Part shown: one piece after another, positions 12,775 through 25,479 of the stretch
How positions within the stretch are numbered: position 1 is the stretch's first letter
How the letters are laid out: each line of letters opens with the position of its first letter
Origin: Chiloscyllium plagiosum
Taxonomy: Eukaryota
Length of the DNA: 43,614 nt
Assembly: GCF_004010195.1 (NCBI RefSeq)
Contig: NC_057718.1
Coordinates: forward strand, 99,443,112 to 99,486,725
Direction of reading: 5' to 3'
Made by a program: the position numbers and the translations under genes
The notes under the pieces: model-generated
What the model was told of the DNA's origin: nothing
Seen by the model: only the letters and a program-made list of their open reading frames with translations
Database searches by the model: none

Positions 12775-13260
12775 ATAAGACCATAAGGTCTTGGCAGCAG
12801 AATGAGGCCATTCAGCCTATCGAGTCTGCGCCCCCATTCAACGAGATCGTTGCTGACCCGATAACCCTCAACCCCACTTTCCTGCCTTTACCCCATAACC
12901 CTCGATTCTCTTAATGATGGTCCTCTTGCAGCACAGCAGTGGTGTCCATATCCCTGAACCAGGAGGCCTGGGTTGAAGTCCCACCTTCTCCAGAGGTGTG
13001 GAATAACATCTCTGAACAGGTTGATTTAGATAAGTTGGAAAAATGAATATCTGTTGTGTCTCAGCCTTGAGTATACTGACTGACCCAGCCTCGGCAGCCC
13101 TCTGTGGTAGAGAATTCCTCAGAGTCATTTCCGTCTGAGAGAAGATATTGCTCCTCATCTCTGTCTTAAATGTGGGACCCCTTACTCTGAGATGATACCC
13201 TCTGGTCCCAGATTCTCCCACAGGAAGATACAACGGATCTACCTCTACCCTGTCATGTTG
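12775..13260 (-). mobile_element. CR1 LINE 3' fragment with a nested SINE fragment (~12920-13045)
   Basis: GESGTRGYHLRVRG...RNSLPQRAAEAG in ORF 12868..13233. Confidence 0.8.
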
Positions 13261-13299
13261 CCAAAGAATCTCATGTGTTCGGGCTATTCTTATGAAGAA

Positions 13300-13760
13300 C
13301 CTATCTGGTCGGCATGGACAGGTTGGACCGAAGGGTCTGTTTCCATGCTGTACATCTCTATGACTCTAAGTGTTGAGGGAGCTAGGGCTTTTCTCATTGG
13401 AGTGAAGAAGGATGAGAGGTGACTTGATAGAGGTATACAAGATGATGAGAGACATAGACAGAGTAAATAGTCAGAGACTTTTTCCCAGGGCGGAAATGGC
13501 TATCACGAGGGACATAATTTGAAGGTGATTGGAGGAAGGTTTAAGAGAGATGTTGGAGAGTGGTGTGTGTGTGAAATGCACTGCCAACAGTGGTAGCAGA
13601 GTCAGATACATTAGGGACATTTAAGCGACTCTTGGATAGGCACATGGATGATAGTTAAATGAAGGGTCTGTAGGTTAGTCTGATCTTAGAGTAGGATAAA
13701 AGGCCGGCACAACATCAAGGACCAAAGGGCCTGTACTGGGCTGTACTGTTCTATGTTCAG
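13300..13760 (+). mobile_element. CR1 tail (13300-13368) followed by another CR1 3' end
   Basis: GGACCGAAGGGTCTGTTTCCATGCTGT tail; GAGGTATACAAGATGATGAG...CTGTACTGTTCTATGTTC. Confidence 0.85.
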
Positions 13761-14419
13761 TAAGGCCACCATTTATTCTTCTAAAATCCACGAAATACTG
13801 CCCCAATCTCTTCATAAGAAGAGAGAATAGAAGAGAATGGTAAAGGATAGAGAATAACATTGGAGTTTAGGGTTGAAAGCTCAACACCCACTCACCACAC
13901 CTCCCCTGCCCACCCACTCCCCCCCAAAACCAGGGCGGAGAAAATGAAAATCAGTCAGTTGTTGCTTTCGGGGTAACTGGCTTCTGAAGTAATGACATCT
14001 GGGAGAATCTGTTTAGGCAGTGGTCCAATTGTGGCAATGACTGAGTAGCAGATACTGCAGCAGAGTCAGAGGGCAAACACAGCACCTTCTCAAATTGCAG
14101 GCATTTGCAAAGCCAGCGTTCGTTACTAATCCCCAGTTGCCCCGGGGAACTCTAGCAAGACCCATCCCGAGTGAGTCACAGCATCCATTGAAGGATCTGC
14201 CTCCCAACTGTATTCATTCTACACGGCAGTGTCTTCCAGAGAAAGGGTCAACCAGTAACTCACCTTTCCAGGTATTTCACTCGTGCAATTACCTTACAAA
14301 AGAAAACATGTGTGATTCAGAGATGAGGTAGGATAAACCAGAGCAAGGGGAGAGCAACCAAAAAAACGGAAAGTGGTTGAGAGAGAAGATGGAGATACTG
14401 TAAACAAGACAATCAAACT

Positions 14420-15048
14420 ATTTGCATTTATATAGCACCTCTGAAGACACCAGAGATTTCTAATTTCAGCAAAGTGCTTTTGACACGTAATCACTGTTCT
14501 AGTGTGGAATATATATGCACAGCAATTTGATTGATCATACAATCCCTGCAGTGTGGAAGCAGGCCATTCACTCCATCAGGTCCATGCCAACCCTCTGAAG
14601 GGCATTCCAACCAGACCCACCCCCCTACCCTGTCCTTGTAATCCTGCATTTCCCATGGCTAATCCATCTAGCCTGCGCATCCCTGAACACCATGGGCAAT
14701 TTAGCACAGCCAATCCACCCTAACCTGTACATCTATGGGATTTAATGATGAGATAATCTGTTTCTTTTGGTGTTATTTGAAGAATAAGGACAGTGTACTG
14801 GGATTAATTCCTCACCTCTCTGAAAATGTATCCGACAATTCTTTTACATCTTCCCAAGCAGGCAAAAGGGGTCATCGTTCAACAGTTCATCCCTAAGACA
14901 GCATTCCAACAGTACTACACTCCTTCAGTACTGCATGAGGAGTGATGGGATTTATTTTGTTGGGCTCAGGTCATGGAGTGGGAATTAAACCCAGGACCTT
15001 GTGACTCAGAGGCAACTGTGCGAGAGCCACAGAGTTAGAGCTGACACA
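14420..15048 (-). mobile_element. SacSINE1-like DeuSINE with a nested HE1 fragment
   Basis: Tail TTGCATTTATATAGCACC, Deu-domain-like GACAGCATTCCAACAGTACTACACTCCTTCAGTACTGCA, tRNA-like head near 14985-15048. Confidence 0.7.
14536..14736 (-). mobile_element. HE1 SINE 3' part
   Basis: ATCCCTGCAGTGTGGAAGCAGGCCATTC...GGGCAATTTAGCACAGCCAATCCACCCTAACCTG. Confidence 0.8.
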
Positions 15049-15284
15049 AAATAAGTCAGAGGGAAACAGAATGGGCAGATTGAGACTGAAGCAATTGAGG
15101 GAAAAAGACAGCAAGAGTTAATAATTAGGAGCCAGTCTGACTACACCCCAGAAGAATGTGCTTTATTCCACAGAATTCCTGCCACTGCTCCTGCCACTCC
15201 ACATCAGTCCCGAGAAAGGAGAGGGAAATGCTGTTCTCTGGAGCACTCCAGATAATTCCTGTTATGGTTTTCCCTCACCCTTAG

Positions 15285-15330
15285 ATCACAATAGCGGAAA
15301 AAAGCAGGTCACAGTCTGTTAATAGTTCAA
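15285..15330 (+). CDS. Candidate short internal exon (ITIAEKSRSQSVNSS), gene unidentified
   Basis: Acceptor tccctcacccttag, strong donor CAA|gtaagt, only frame 0 open, located in unique DNA. Confidence 0.3.
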
Positions 15331-16039
15331 GTAAGTCATTGGGAGTTAGGTCATCTATTGGTCTGTAATCTGGAGTTGCTGTTTCCTGATAGAACGCTGA
15401 GGCAGACCCGCAAGTATAGTTATATTGCAGCCAGCTGAACATTAACATCATCGCTCCATTTGTAAAATCTGCTATCACGGCTGCCAGCAGAGAACCTTTG
15501 ATACCACTCAGTCACAATTGCACCTATTATTGTGTCAAGTACATAGCATTGGAAAATAAAGATTATTATAACTCATTGTATTCCATAACATGGGAACGTG
15601 AACTTAGTAAAAGAGGAATTCTTTTCTTTTCACATTCAACATTTCTTCTGATCTGAGTCACTGCTTGATATCCCAAACAGTTTTAAAATGCACTTTGAAA
15701 AGCTCTACAAACTATAGTGCCTTTAAATAAACTTCACAACTCATAACGCCCCTTTATACTTTCTGACAAAGACCCCAAAGCACCTTCAAGCCAGAAAAAG
15801 ATCATCTTTTTTAAACTGTCAACACGACCAGTGAAAGAAGATAAGGTGTTTTATTTTTCTGTTAAGTTATGAACATTTGCCTGTTTATGTGAGTTCTCAG
15901 TTCTGAATTGGGAATTCTAAAAGTGAAGCAGATTGTAGTGAGGGAAGGGAAAAAAAAAACAGAGAAAGCAGAAACAAGATCAGACATTGCTGGAGAAACT
16001 CAGCAGATCTGGCAGCATCTGTGGAGAGAAAGCAGCTCT

Positions 16040-16362
16040 CAGACGTGGACCATGTACAGCAGACACCTTGGGGCTCTGGAGAAGTAATACCAATGCTGCT
16101 CGCGCAAGATCCTGGTAGAAATACCCATCAACACCAGCATCCTTAACCAAGCCAACACACCTAGCATGGGGGCCCTTCCGTGATTGGCTACAATGAACTG
16201 GGGCACATCGTCCCCATGATCGACACGAGATTCCCCAAGCAGGTGCTCTACTTCAAGCTCCGAAATGGCAGGTGACCCCAGGGATACCCACAAGGCCTCA
16301 CTGGGGATGTGCGGCATTACTGGGAATCACTGGCCCGAGACCATCCAAAGTGGAGCAGGAGC
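16040..16362 (+). mobile_element. RTE-clade LINE fragment
   Basis: Translates with disruptions to TWTMYSRHL..., SILNQANTPS, GHIVPM.DTRFPKQVLY. Confidence 0.8.
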
Positions 16363-16369
16363 GTAGAAA

Positions 16370-16505
16370 AATGTGAAGGTTAGGTGAATTGGCCAGGCTA
16401 AAGTGCCCATAGTGTTAGGTGCATTAGTCAGAGGGAAATGGGTCTGGGTGGGTTACTCTTCGGAAGGTCGGTGTGGACTGTAGGGAATCTAATCTAATCT
16501 AATCT
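16370..16505 (+). mobile_element. HE1 SINE 3' part
   Basis: GGTTAGGTGAATTGGCCAGGCTAAAGTGCCCATAGTG and a (TCTAA)n tail. Confidence 0.8.
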
Positions 16506-16999
16506 CATCCGGGAAGGTGTTGAGTGCCTCAAGACTTGCTGTCGGGAAAAAGCAGAAACCGGGGTGGGGGTGTGGGAAACATGGAAATGAGCGCGCTGCC
16601 TCACCAAAATCCCAATCCCCCCCTTCCCTTGACCACCACCTGCCTCAGTGTAACAGAGCCTGCAGTAGTCCCATCTCTCTATACAGCCATCCACGGACTC
16701 ACCCTGGGATTGGGAGAGAGTCATCCCAGCCCGTGAGGGACCGCCAATGATGCTGATCAGGAATGTTTAGGGTCCTGTGACCTTATATCAGGACTAAAGT
16801 TAACTGAAAAATTAACTCTCCTCTCTCTCTCCTCAGATGCTGAGCTTCTCCAGCAATTTATTTTATTGTAGTAAGGGAGAGATTTCCTTAAAACAGAAAG
16901 TCCTTTCGATCAGACTGAACTGATTGTGAGAGAAGGGAAAGCTGATTCAATAATAATAATTTTGGAACTTTCTCCACATTAAAGGTGGTCCCATTAGGG

Positions 17000-17170
17000 C
17001 AGTATAACTGGTGGTGATTTAACCTGAGGGTCACCACATCTCAGCTGAGGGGAGAGGTTTTAAAGGGAAGTCCTCCATGATAACCCAGCTGCTGTGAGAA
17101 CTGAAATGGTGCCGTCAGTGTCAACACTGGATGATAAACCAGCTATCCATCCTACTGAGCTAACCAACAC
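17000..17170 (-). mobile_element. SINE-like repeat (same family as 28815-29830)
   Basis: TTTAACCTGAGGGTCACC...GGGGAGAGGTT matches the reverse complement of 29450-29495. Confidence 0.55.
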
Positions 17171-17969
17171 CTTTGCTACTGCAGTACAGTGGGTGCCTTA
17201 TGACCTGAGGACTGAGCAGTTCAGGAAGGCAGCTCACCACCACCCATTCAGGGGCAACTAGGAACAGGTGATACATGCTAGACCAGCCAACAGCAACAGC
17301 ACATCTTGTGAATGGGAGGAAGGCCTTTCCATTGACACATACTTGGAATCATTCCAACATGGAGCAGCTCAGCACAGAGACGGGTCACTTGGCCTGTTGT
17401 GTCTGCACTAGCCCTTTCCATGAGGAAGCCAACTCCACCCATTCTTCTCCTCCCTCCCTCCAATTCTTTCCCTACAAGGGATGCATGCCATTCCTTGTCG
17501 AATCCGTGCCCAGCGTGCTCCCAGGGACCACATTCCAAATCTGCCACGTCTGTCAATCACCTTCATTGCACCTGCTCCTGAAGGGCAACCAGAGGAACTA
17601 TGTTGTGTTGAATAGTACACCTGGCACCTCCTGCCACCCCACCATCCCGTGCATGTCTACTTGAGGTCAGTGACTAAAGTTCTCCTTCTTTGGTCCAATT
17701 GGAAAAGAGGGATCTGCTGGGAAACGGGGAAAGGGGAGGCTGGGGAATGTGGAACCAATTCCCTGCTGCTATTTCCCATGCCCTTCTGTGATAATGTACG
17801 CAAATGCGTGCCGTATCTCATTATCAGCAGGCCTTTGGGTTTTGCCCTATGTCTCTGGGCATTTCACTTTCTTTAATAGGATTTCCTTTGCCTGACCGGC
17901 ATTGTGGTCAGCCTCTCACTTGACCGCTGAATCAACGTCTGTTCACCGAGCGATGGGCACCTGCCTTGC

Positions 17970-18666
17970 AAACAGGAAGAAAGGAGGGGCACGCACACCT
18001 ATCCACATCTACAAAGCTGAGATGGAGAGGGTGAACAGCGTCAAGTTCCTCAGAGTGACGATAACTGACCACCTGTCTTGGTCTTCCCACGTAGCTGTGG
18101 TGGTCAGGAAGACACAACAACACCACTTCTTCCTCAGGAGGCTAAGGAAATTCAGCATGTCCATAAGGACCCTCACCAACATCAACAGATGCACAATAGA
18201 AAGCATACTGTCCAGGTGCATCACAGCCTGGTACAGCAACTGCTCTGCCCAGGGCAGTGAGAAACTACAGAGGGTGGTGTGCACAGCCTAGACCATCATG
18301 GAAGCCAACCTCCAACACACGGATTCCATTTACACCTCTCGTTGCCGCGGGGAGACTGCTAACATCATTAAAGACCCCTCCCACCCGGTAATACTCTCTT
18401 CCACCCTCTTCCCTCATTCAGAAGGTACAGAAGCTTGAACACACACACCAACAGATTCAAGAACAGCCTCTTGCAGGTGTTATTAGACTGAAATGACCTC
18501 TCAAATTTGAAATCTAATGTTGATCTTGCTTTTTGTCCACTTCCTTTGTAGCTTTACCCTTATACACCTCACTCTGTTCAGTCCTTATATGCTGTCTACC
18601 TGTACTGCTGGCAAAACCAAACTAGTCACTACACTTAGGCACATGGGACTACAATAAATCAAATCA
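17970..18666 (+). mobile_element. Rex1/Babar-clade LINE 3' end
   Basis: KFLRVTITDHLSWS...FFLRRLRKF...RCTIESILSRCITAWY; tail ACAATAAATCAAATCA. Confidence 0.9.
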
Positions 18667-18739
18667 GGACAGAAAGTTTTCCTGAACAGTTGCAAACTTC
18701 AGTGACCAATAGTACAGCATAGGATGCAGGGTACAGTGA

Positions 18740-18821
18740 AATCAAGGTCGAGAGTGTGGTGCTGGAAAAGCACAGCAGGTCAGGCAGCATCCGAGGAGCA
18801 GGAGAATTGATGTTTTGGGCC
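18740..18821. mobile_element. Hammerhead repeat family A arm fragment
   Basis: GTGGTGCTGGAAAAGCACAGCAGGTCAGGCAGCATCCGAGGAGCAGGAG. Confidence 0.75.
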
Positions 18822-19504
18822 CATTGATTGTTTTTAAGTGAGAGGTAGATAGGTTCTTGTTAGGGAGGCGAATCAGGGGTTAATTGCCCGGGAGTTGGCG
18901 GGGGAGGGGAGGAGTGGTTTTACATAGGAATGTGGAATTCAAAACACAACCACTTCAGCCAGGATCTTATTGAGTGGTGGAGCAGGCTTGGGGTGGCTGC
19001 AAGACAGTCTACTTCTCCTATTCTATATGAGTGTGCGTCAGCTTGGGTCAAAACCAGGCATCAATCATCCAAACTATCAACATCCAGGGTGGAGCTTTTA
19101 CATCGTTTAGCACAAGTTGTCCTATTTGCTGTTTTGTGCTTTCAAACTGCCAGAAATAGGAGCAGGAGTTGAATATAATCACCCCCCCCCCCCCCCCCCA
19201 GCCCAATCCTGAGGCTGCTCTGGCATTCATTAAGACTGTGTCTGTGCTTTGGTTTCAGATTCCATTTTCCACCTTCCTTCAATCACTTGCCGACCAAACT
19301 ACTCTGGCAACAACTGAGCATCCACACTTTGGTTGAAGTTATTTCCCTTCATAGAGCCATAGGGTTAGAGAAACGTGACCCTTCGGCCCAACTCGTCCAT
19401 GCTGACCGGATACTCTAAATTCATCTGGTCCCATTCGCCAGCACCCGGCCCACATCCCTCTAAACCCTTCCTATTCATATACCCATCCAGATGCCTTTTA
19501 AATA

Positions 19505-19620
19505 TTAGAAGTCAAAGGACACTAGGTTATACCCAACAGGTTTATTTGAAATCACAAGCTTTCAGAGTCCACCTGATGAAGGAGCAGTGCTCTGAAAGCT
19601 TGTGATTTCAAATAAACCAG
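19505..19620. mobile_element. Palindromic hammerhead repeat (family B)
   Basis: GGTTTATTTGAAATCACAAGCTTTCAGAG / CTCTGAAAGCTTGTGATTTCAAATAAACC inverted arms. Confidence 0.8.
19570..19604 (+). ncRNA. Minimal type I hammerhead ribozyme motif
   Basis: CAC-CUGAUGA-A-GGAGC-AGU-GCUCU-GAAA-GC-UU-GUG: stem I CAC/GUG, stem II with one G-U pair, palindromic AAGCUU in place of stem III. Confidence 0.7.
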
Positions 19621-20029
19621 ACTTGTCGAGCAAAACAAAAACCCATCAAGCTCCAATTTAAAACGATTCATCCACTGGCTTTACTGAGGGCGACTTTTAA
19701 GTGAAGAAGTGTTGCCAATCTCTGTAAGGTCTAAAGCCTTCACTGCTCCAGACTGCCATTATCAAGCTAATTTTACCAACACCGTCCCCTCCTGACACGG
19801 GCAGGAACAGAGAGCGCTCGAACAAAATTCTCGTCTGCGACTGCATTATCTTACAGCCTGGTTCCACGTGTCCTGGGGTCCATTAGACACATGCACAACA
19901 CCTCCCCCCTCACACGCCCTCCCCCCCCCCTCCCCCCATGCCCCTTCTCACCCCTGCCCAGGTGGCGATGACAACCCAACGTCGTAGTGACCCATCCAAG
20001 AGTGTGGAGGAACTGGGTGGGGGGGGGGG

Positions 20030-20310
20030 AGACATAGGTTCAGGGTGAGAGGGGGCAGATTTAAAAGGGACTGAAGGGGTAACGTTTTCACACAGAGGGT
20101 GGTGCGTGTGTGAATGAGCTCTCAGTGGTGGAGGCTGGTACAATTATAACATTTAAAAGGAATCCAGATGAGTATATGAATAAGAAGGGTTGAGAGGGAT
20201 ATGGATCAAATGCTAGCAAATACGACTAGATTAATTTTGGGTATCTAGTCAGCATGGACGAGTTGGACCGAAGGGTCTGTTTCCATGCTGTACATCTCTA
20301 TGACTCTATG
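20030..20310 (+). mobile_element. CR1 (HER1-like) 3' end
   Basis: CACACAGAGGGTGGTGCGTGTG...GGACCGAAGGGTCTGTTTCCATGCTGTACATCTCTATGACTCTATG. Confidence 0.85.
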
Positions 20311-20788
20311 AGAAATCCCATTGATCACACACCCATAACTCCCCGTGTCAATTTATTGTGAAGAGGCATTTGACCGAACAGGACAAGGTGCCATTGAGCT
20401 CTGAGTGTGCAAATCTGGAGAGGACGTGATGGAGTGGGGGGAAGGATCTTGTGGCACAGTGGTAGTGACCCTGCCTCTGGACCAGTAAACTCAAGGCTCA
20501 ATCCCTACCTGCTCCAGAGGTGCATAATAACATCTCTGGACAAGGGATGTTGATAAAACGTACTTAATACCTGGATGGTCAGTGCTGAACCTTCCAAGCC
20601 AAACTAGCAGGGATAAGGGGAAGCTTTTCCCCAGCATTTAGCAACACTGGTTCAAGTGCAAGTTCAAGCAAGAACCTGCAATGGTTAGCATAGACTCCAG
20701 TAAAATTCCAGGGCTGGGTTGCATGGATTTTGTTCGCAATGTTGCCTGTTGTTGTTTTGGTCATAGCGACTGCACTGCCTTCCTGCAG

Positions 20789-21116
20789 GAGTGGCATGGT
20801 GGCTCAGTGGTTAGCACCTCTGCCTCATAGCATTAGGGACCTGGGTTCAATTCCTGCCTCAGGTGACTGTCTGTGTGGAGTTTGCAGGTTCTCCCCCGTA
20901 TCCGCATAGGTTTCCTCCGGGTGCTCTGGTTTCCTCCCACAATCCAAAGATGAGCAGGTTAGGGTGGATTGTTCATAATGTTCAAGGATGTGGGGGTTAG
21001 GTACACTAGTTGGGGTAAATGTAAAGTAATAGGGCAGGGAATGGGTCACCCTTTGGAGGGCTGGTGTGGATTAGTTGGGCCGAAGGGCCTGTTTCCACAC
21101 TGTAGGGATTCTATGA
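20789..21116 (+). mobile_element. HE1 SINE (V-SINE), near full length
   Basis: A box TGGCTCAGTGG (20800), B box GGTTCAATTCC (20844), V domain CTGTGTGGAGTTTGCA, tail TTTCCACACTGTAGGGATTCTATG. Confidence 0.9.
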
Positions 21117-22126
21117 GTTCAGACCCCCATAGCCTGGTGACAGCAATTCTGCTGCTGTATCTGCAGTGCCATGTTAGAGAAGAACGACTCCCCCCCCCCC
21201 CCCATCTCATTAAATGGCCAATTTGGAGCACATTTGGGAGGTTTCTAAAATCAATAATTTGAATTTACTCAGCTGTACCTTCCTGGCCTTTCTCACTGTT
21301 CAAACGCTAAATAAAGATTTTTGTACCTGTTGCTTTGGGAGCTTTGGGACTGTATGCAGCTGCTTTTTTTCTCAAAGAATCCTTCACCTTTTTGACCTCC
21401 ACCTACAGCACTGGGTCACTTGGGAGGTGACACACACTTTCATAGGCCAGGCCAAGCAGTCGGTTTCCTTTAGCTCCTGTTCACACACAGAGCCATATTA
21501 GCTCAGTTTAGGTACCATCGTTACATTCCTATGAGATTACGATACTTCAAGCTACTCCTGGGGCCTCACGCCTCAAGAAATGGGAATTTTCACTTGCTCT
21601 GTTCCATTTTCAAGGCTGTTTCTGCTTTGATACTGATCTCTAGTAAACCCTAGTGTGGGATTAACATCAAGAACTGCCACCCTGAAGTGCGACCTGGTTG
21701 GTCTCTGTTTTAAAACTTTTCAATTGTTCGTTTGACATCACTGATTGATAGGTTTTATTTTCGCCAAAGGGTATTAAGGGATATGTGTGGCTGTCCAGAG
21801 ATAGTTCACACATCGCTTTGAACGGTTGGAATGCCGTAAAGTACAAATGGTCTCCTTCTTTTCCTGCCTTCCAGGTTTTTGTAATCCTCCCTTTTTTGAT
21901 CTGTTCATGAGAAGTGGGTGTGTTGGACTGAGCTTGCATTTGTTACTCGTCCCTAGTTGCCCTTGACAAGGTGGGGGTAAGCTGCCTTCTTGAACCATGT
22001 AGGTAGGCCCACAGTGCTATAAGGGAGAGAGTTACAGAATTTTGACCCAGTGACAGCCAAGGAACAGTGCTACATTTCCAAGACAGGATGGTGAGTGGCT
22101 TGGAGAGGAACCTGCAGATGGTGGTG

Positions 22127-22250
22127 ATCAAGGGCTTTTGCCCGAAACATTGATTTTCCTGCTACTCGGATGCTGCCTGACCTGCTGTGCTTTTCCTGCA
22201 CCACTCTAATCTAGACTCTGATTTCCAGCGTCTGCAGTCCTCACTTTTGC
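22127..22250. mobile_element. Single-arm hammerhead repeat (family A); donor of the copy at 26503-26862
   Basis: AAGGGCTTTTGCCCGAAAC...CTGCAGTCCTCACTTTTGC. Confidence 0.85.
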
Positions 22251-22419
22251 CGTGTATCTGCTGTCCTTGTCCTTCCCAGTGGTAGAGATCCCAGGTTTGG
22301 ATGGCTCTTTTAGGGGAGCCCTTGGTGATGCTGCTTTCCCGCATCAGTGCTGCAGGAGTGAATGTTGAAGGTGATGAACAGGATGCCAGTCAAGTGGACT
22401 GCTTTGTCCTGGATGGTTC

Positions 22420-23008
22420 GGTTTGATTTGATTTATTATTGTAGCATGTACTGAAATACAATAAAAAACATTGTTTTGCGTGCTAACCAGACAAATCATA
22501 CCTTACTTAAGTACGCCAGGATTATAGAACAGAATGCAGGATATAATGTTACAGCTACAGAGAAGGTGCAGAGAAAGATCTAATATCTGAGAGGTCCGTT
22601 CATAAGTCTGATAACAGCAGGGAAGAAGCTGTTCCTGAATCTGTTGGTACGTGTTTTCAAACTTTTATATCTTCTGCTGATGGAAGAGGGTGGAAGAGAC
22701 TATGTCCAGGGTGGGAGGGGTCTTTGATGATATTGGTTGCTTTCCCAAGGCAGTGGGAATTGTAGATGGAGTCAATGGGTGGAAGGCTGGTTTATGTGAT
22801 AGACTGGGCTGTATTCATGACTCTCTGCATAGTTTCCTTTGGGCTTGGGAAGACCAGTTCCCATACCAAGCTGTGATGCATCCAGATAGGATGCTTTCTG
22901 TGATGCATCTATAAAAATCGCTAAGAGTCATTTTGGACTTGCCGAGCTTCCTTAGCCTCCTGAGTAAATAGAGTTGTTGGCATGCTTTCTTAACCATCAC
23001 ATTGACAA
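22420..23008 (-). mobile_element. Rex1/Babar-clade LINE 3' end
   Basis: KKACQQLYLLRRLRKLG...FYRCITESILSGCITAWYGN in ORF 22815..23075; (TTTGA)n tail at 22421. Confidence 0.9.
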
Positions 23009-23654
23009 AGTACTTCTCGAGGGTTATTGAAGCTGTACCCATCCAGTCATGGGGTGGGGGGGAGTATTCCATCACACTCCTGACTTGTTGATGGGGATGC
23101 TACTCGAACTTTCTCCCAGCCTCTGCTTTCCCCTTCAAGGAGACCAGTTGAACATCGATTCCTGTACTTAGGAACAGGGTCCACTTTTCATTTTCAATTA
23201 ACAATGCAAGCCGGACATTCTATGGCCATTGAACCTGGCTTTAGCAATGTGATCCTGCAGGATTGACAAGGCAGTCTTATTTGTTGTTTTTACTACAGAA
23301 AGAAATAGAAATAAGGAAAGGCCAATGGGGATTGCATTTTAACTGAGGCTTAAGGCAGGGTTAGAGTTCAGACAGGACCAGGATTAGTGTTTGATGCTAA
23401 CTGCTCATTCGATTTTCCTAAGCTGTTTCAACTCTCTGAAACGTCACTCCAGAGACTCGAGGTGTTTAGCTCTGATAAGTTCCAGCAGCCTCAGCCCAGA
23501 TAAACTGCAGTTAATCATCGATTAGAGACATCACAGTGAAGTTTGTAATATTTAACAAAGTATAACAACATATTATTACACGCCTTTCACAATGGAACAT
23601 CTTAAAGAGCTAGGTTATGAGGGGAATATATGGATACAGAAGGTTAAGGGAGAT

Positions 23655-23910
23655 AACAAAACTTTTTCTTCCTGACAGAGAGTTGTGGATCTTTGGAACT
23701 CACATCTCTAGGGATAGGTGGAGGCTGGGATTGCTGGATTTTTTAAAATGCAGAAGGAGGTGGATTCCTGTCTAACAAGAGCATGAAGAGAATGAGGGTT
23801 GGGTGAGAAAGTGGAGTCAAGGCCACACTCAGATCAGTCACAATCACGTTGACTGGAGGAGGGAGCTCAAGGGACCTTTGCCGTCTCCTATTTCTTATGC
23901 TCTTATGTTC
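23655..23910 (+). mobile_element. Decayed CR1 3' end
   Basis: CAGAGAGTTGTGGATCTTTGGAACTC and tail TTCTTATGCTCTTATGTTC. Confidence 0.7.
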
Positions 23911-24996
23911 GTAACATCCACCAACAGGTACTCAGCGATTTGACTGCTTTGCTCTGAAATGTTTTGCATTCCTAAAAGCTAATTAGATGGCCATTCAGTT
24001 TTATAAGGCTTGCACCTGCCATGCACTGATCCAACCAGCAACTCATATTAAATATGCAATCCCCTTTTCCCCTGCTTTCTGGAATAATCACAATAATATC
24101 AGTAGAACACTGAAAGACAGCTCCTATAGACCTGACCAATTTTTGTCCTTCATTAATGTTACTAAAAGCAATTATCTGTGGACTGGGATCAGATGCGCAC
24201 TCAGTTGAGTGCATTAATGGATGCCACTGAATATCACTATATAAAAGGGATGATAAGAAACAGAAGTTCACTAAATGTAGGGGATTCTAAGAGAGGGCAT
24301 CCTCTGGAAGCCTGCAGACTCACATTCCAGTTTCACCTCCCACCACTGTGACATAGTTCCTCCTGCAGCTGCTGGTTAGTTATTCTGTCAGTAACACAGC
24401 AGATAACCCTTTACTCCACTAATACATGGTAGGGCTGGCACACAGAAATACCTCACCAGCAAAAATGAAAGATTGAGGGGATAACTTAGTCTTTAGGGTA
24501 TGCTGGTGCAGACTCCATGGCTGAATTGCCTCATTCTGTGATACTAGATGGATAGAGATTTGATTTTTTGAAAAGTTATCAAGGGGCAGGTGCTGTTTGT
24601 GATGATCATATGGAATGTGTCTGTTTTATTCATCTGTGGGGTGTGGGCATTGCTGGCTGGGTCAGCGTTTATTGCTCGTCCTTTGAAAAGGTGGTGGTGA
24701 GCTGCCTTCTTGCAGTCCATGCGCTGGACCCTTGACCTTAGGAAAGGACTCGTGTGGTGAAGTGGCAGTGTCCTTACCTCAGGGCCAGAAGTCTGAATTC
24801 AAGTCCCCCGTTCCACTTTTTTAGATGTGCTTACAATGCTAAGCAGCTCTGAGCTTAGGACAGTGACTGAAATGAAACACAATTGAATTGAAGAATTGTG
24901 CGTTGATAAACATTTCAGTTGGAAAATGCAGGTGTCATTAATGTTGTGAGTTGAGTGGAGTAGCAGTAATGTCACTGGGCTAGTAATCTAGTACGC

Positions 24997-25199
24997 CAAA
25001 GTGAGGACGGCGGATGCTGGAGATCAAGTTAAGAGTGTGGTGCAGGAAAAGTACTGCAGGTCAGGCAGCATCCAAGGAGCAGGAGAATCAACGTTTCAGG
25101 CAAATGCCCTTCATCAGGAAACTTTTGCCCAAAGTGTTGATTTTCCTGCTCCTCGGATGCTGCCTGACCTGCTGTGCTTTTCCAGCACCAAACTCTCGA
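24997..25199. mobile_element. Palindromic hammerhead repeat (family A) with ~16-bp TSD
   Basis: TAGTAATCTAGTACGC (24981-24996) / TAGTAATCTCGTACAC (25200-25215); core on the minus strand near 25090-25117. Confidence 0.85.
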
Positions 25200-25479
25200 T
25201 AGTAATCTCGTACACTCAGGATAATGCTTTGGGGGCACTGGTTCCAATCCTACTACAGCAGATGAGAGATATTTAGACTCAGGTAATATACCTGGAATTG
25301 AAAACTTTCCTCAGTTATAGCAACCATAGAACTTTGTATAAAAAAATCCCACATGGTTCACCCATACCCTTGATTGAAGGAAATCTACCATCTTTGCCTG
25401 GTGTGACCTACTTGTGACTCCACGTGCAATGTGGATGACTCTTAACTACCCACTGAACTGTACTGGCAAGCCATGCGGA

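Larger units (their letters stand above)
21895..23090 (-). mobile_element. Old CR1-type LINE 3' fragment hosting nested insertions
   Basis: CCCTAGTTGCCCTTGA tail; MMEYSP...WMG...TLEK motif at 23010-23075; same family at 41135-42020 and 42420-42880. Confidence 0.75.

Noticed and set aside
14264..14292. Minus-strand micro-exon candidate with AAG|gtgagt donor
   Set aside because: Needs a rare AAG acceptor, and the peptide is unrecognised; similar weak candidates at about 29-55 and 28326-28376 could not be linked into a gene.
20789..20860. tRNA-like A/B boxes (also near 35620-35690 and 39170-39240)
   Set aside because: These are SINE heads continuing into V domain and LINE tail, not tRNA genes.
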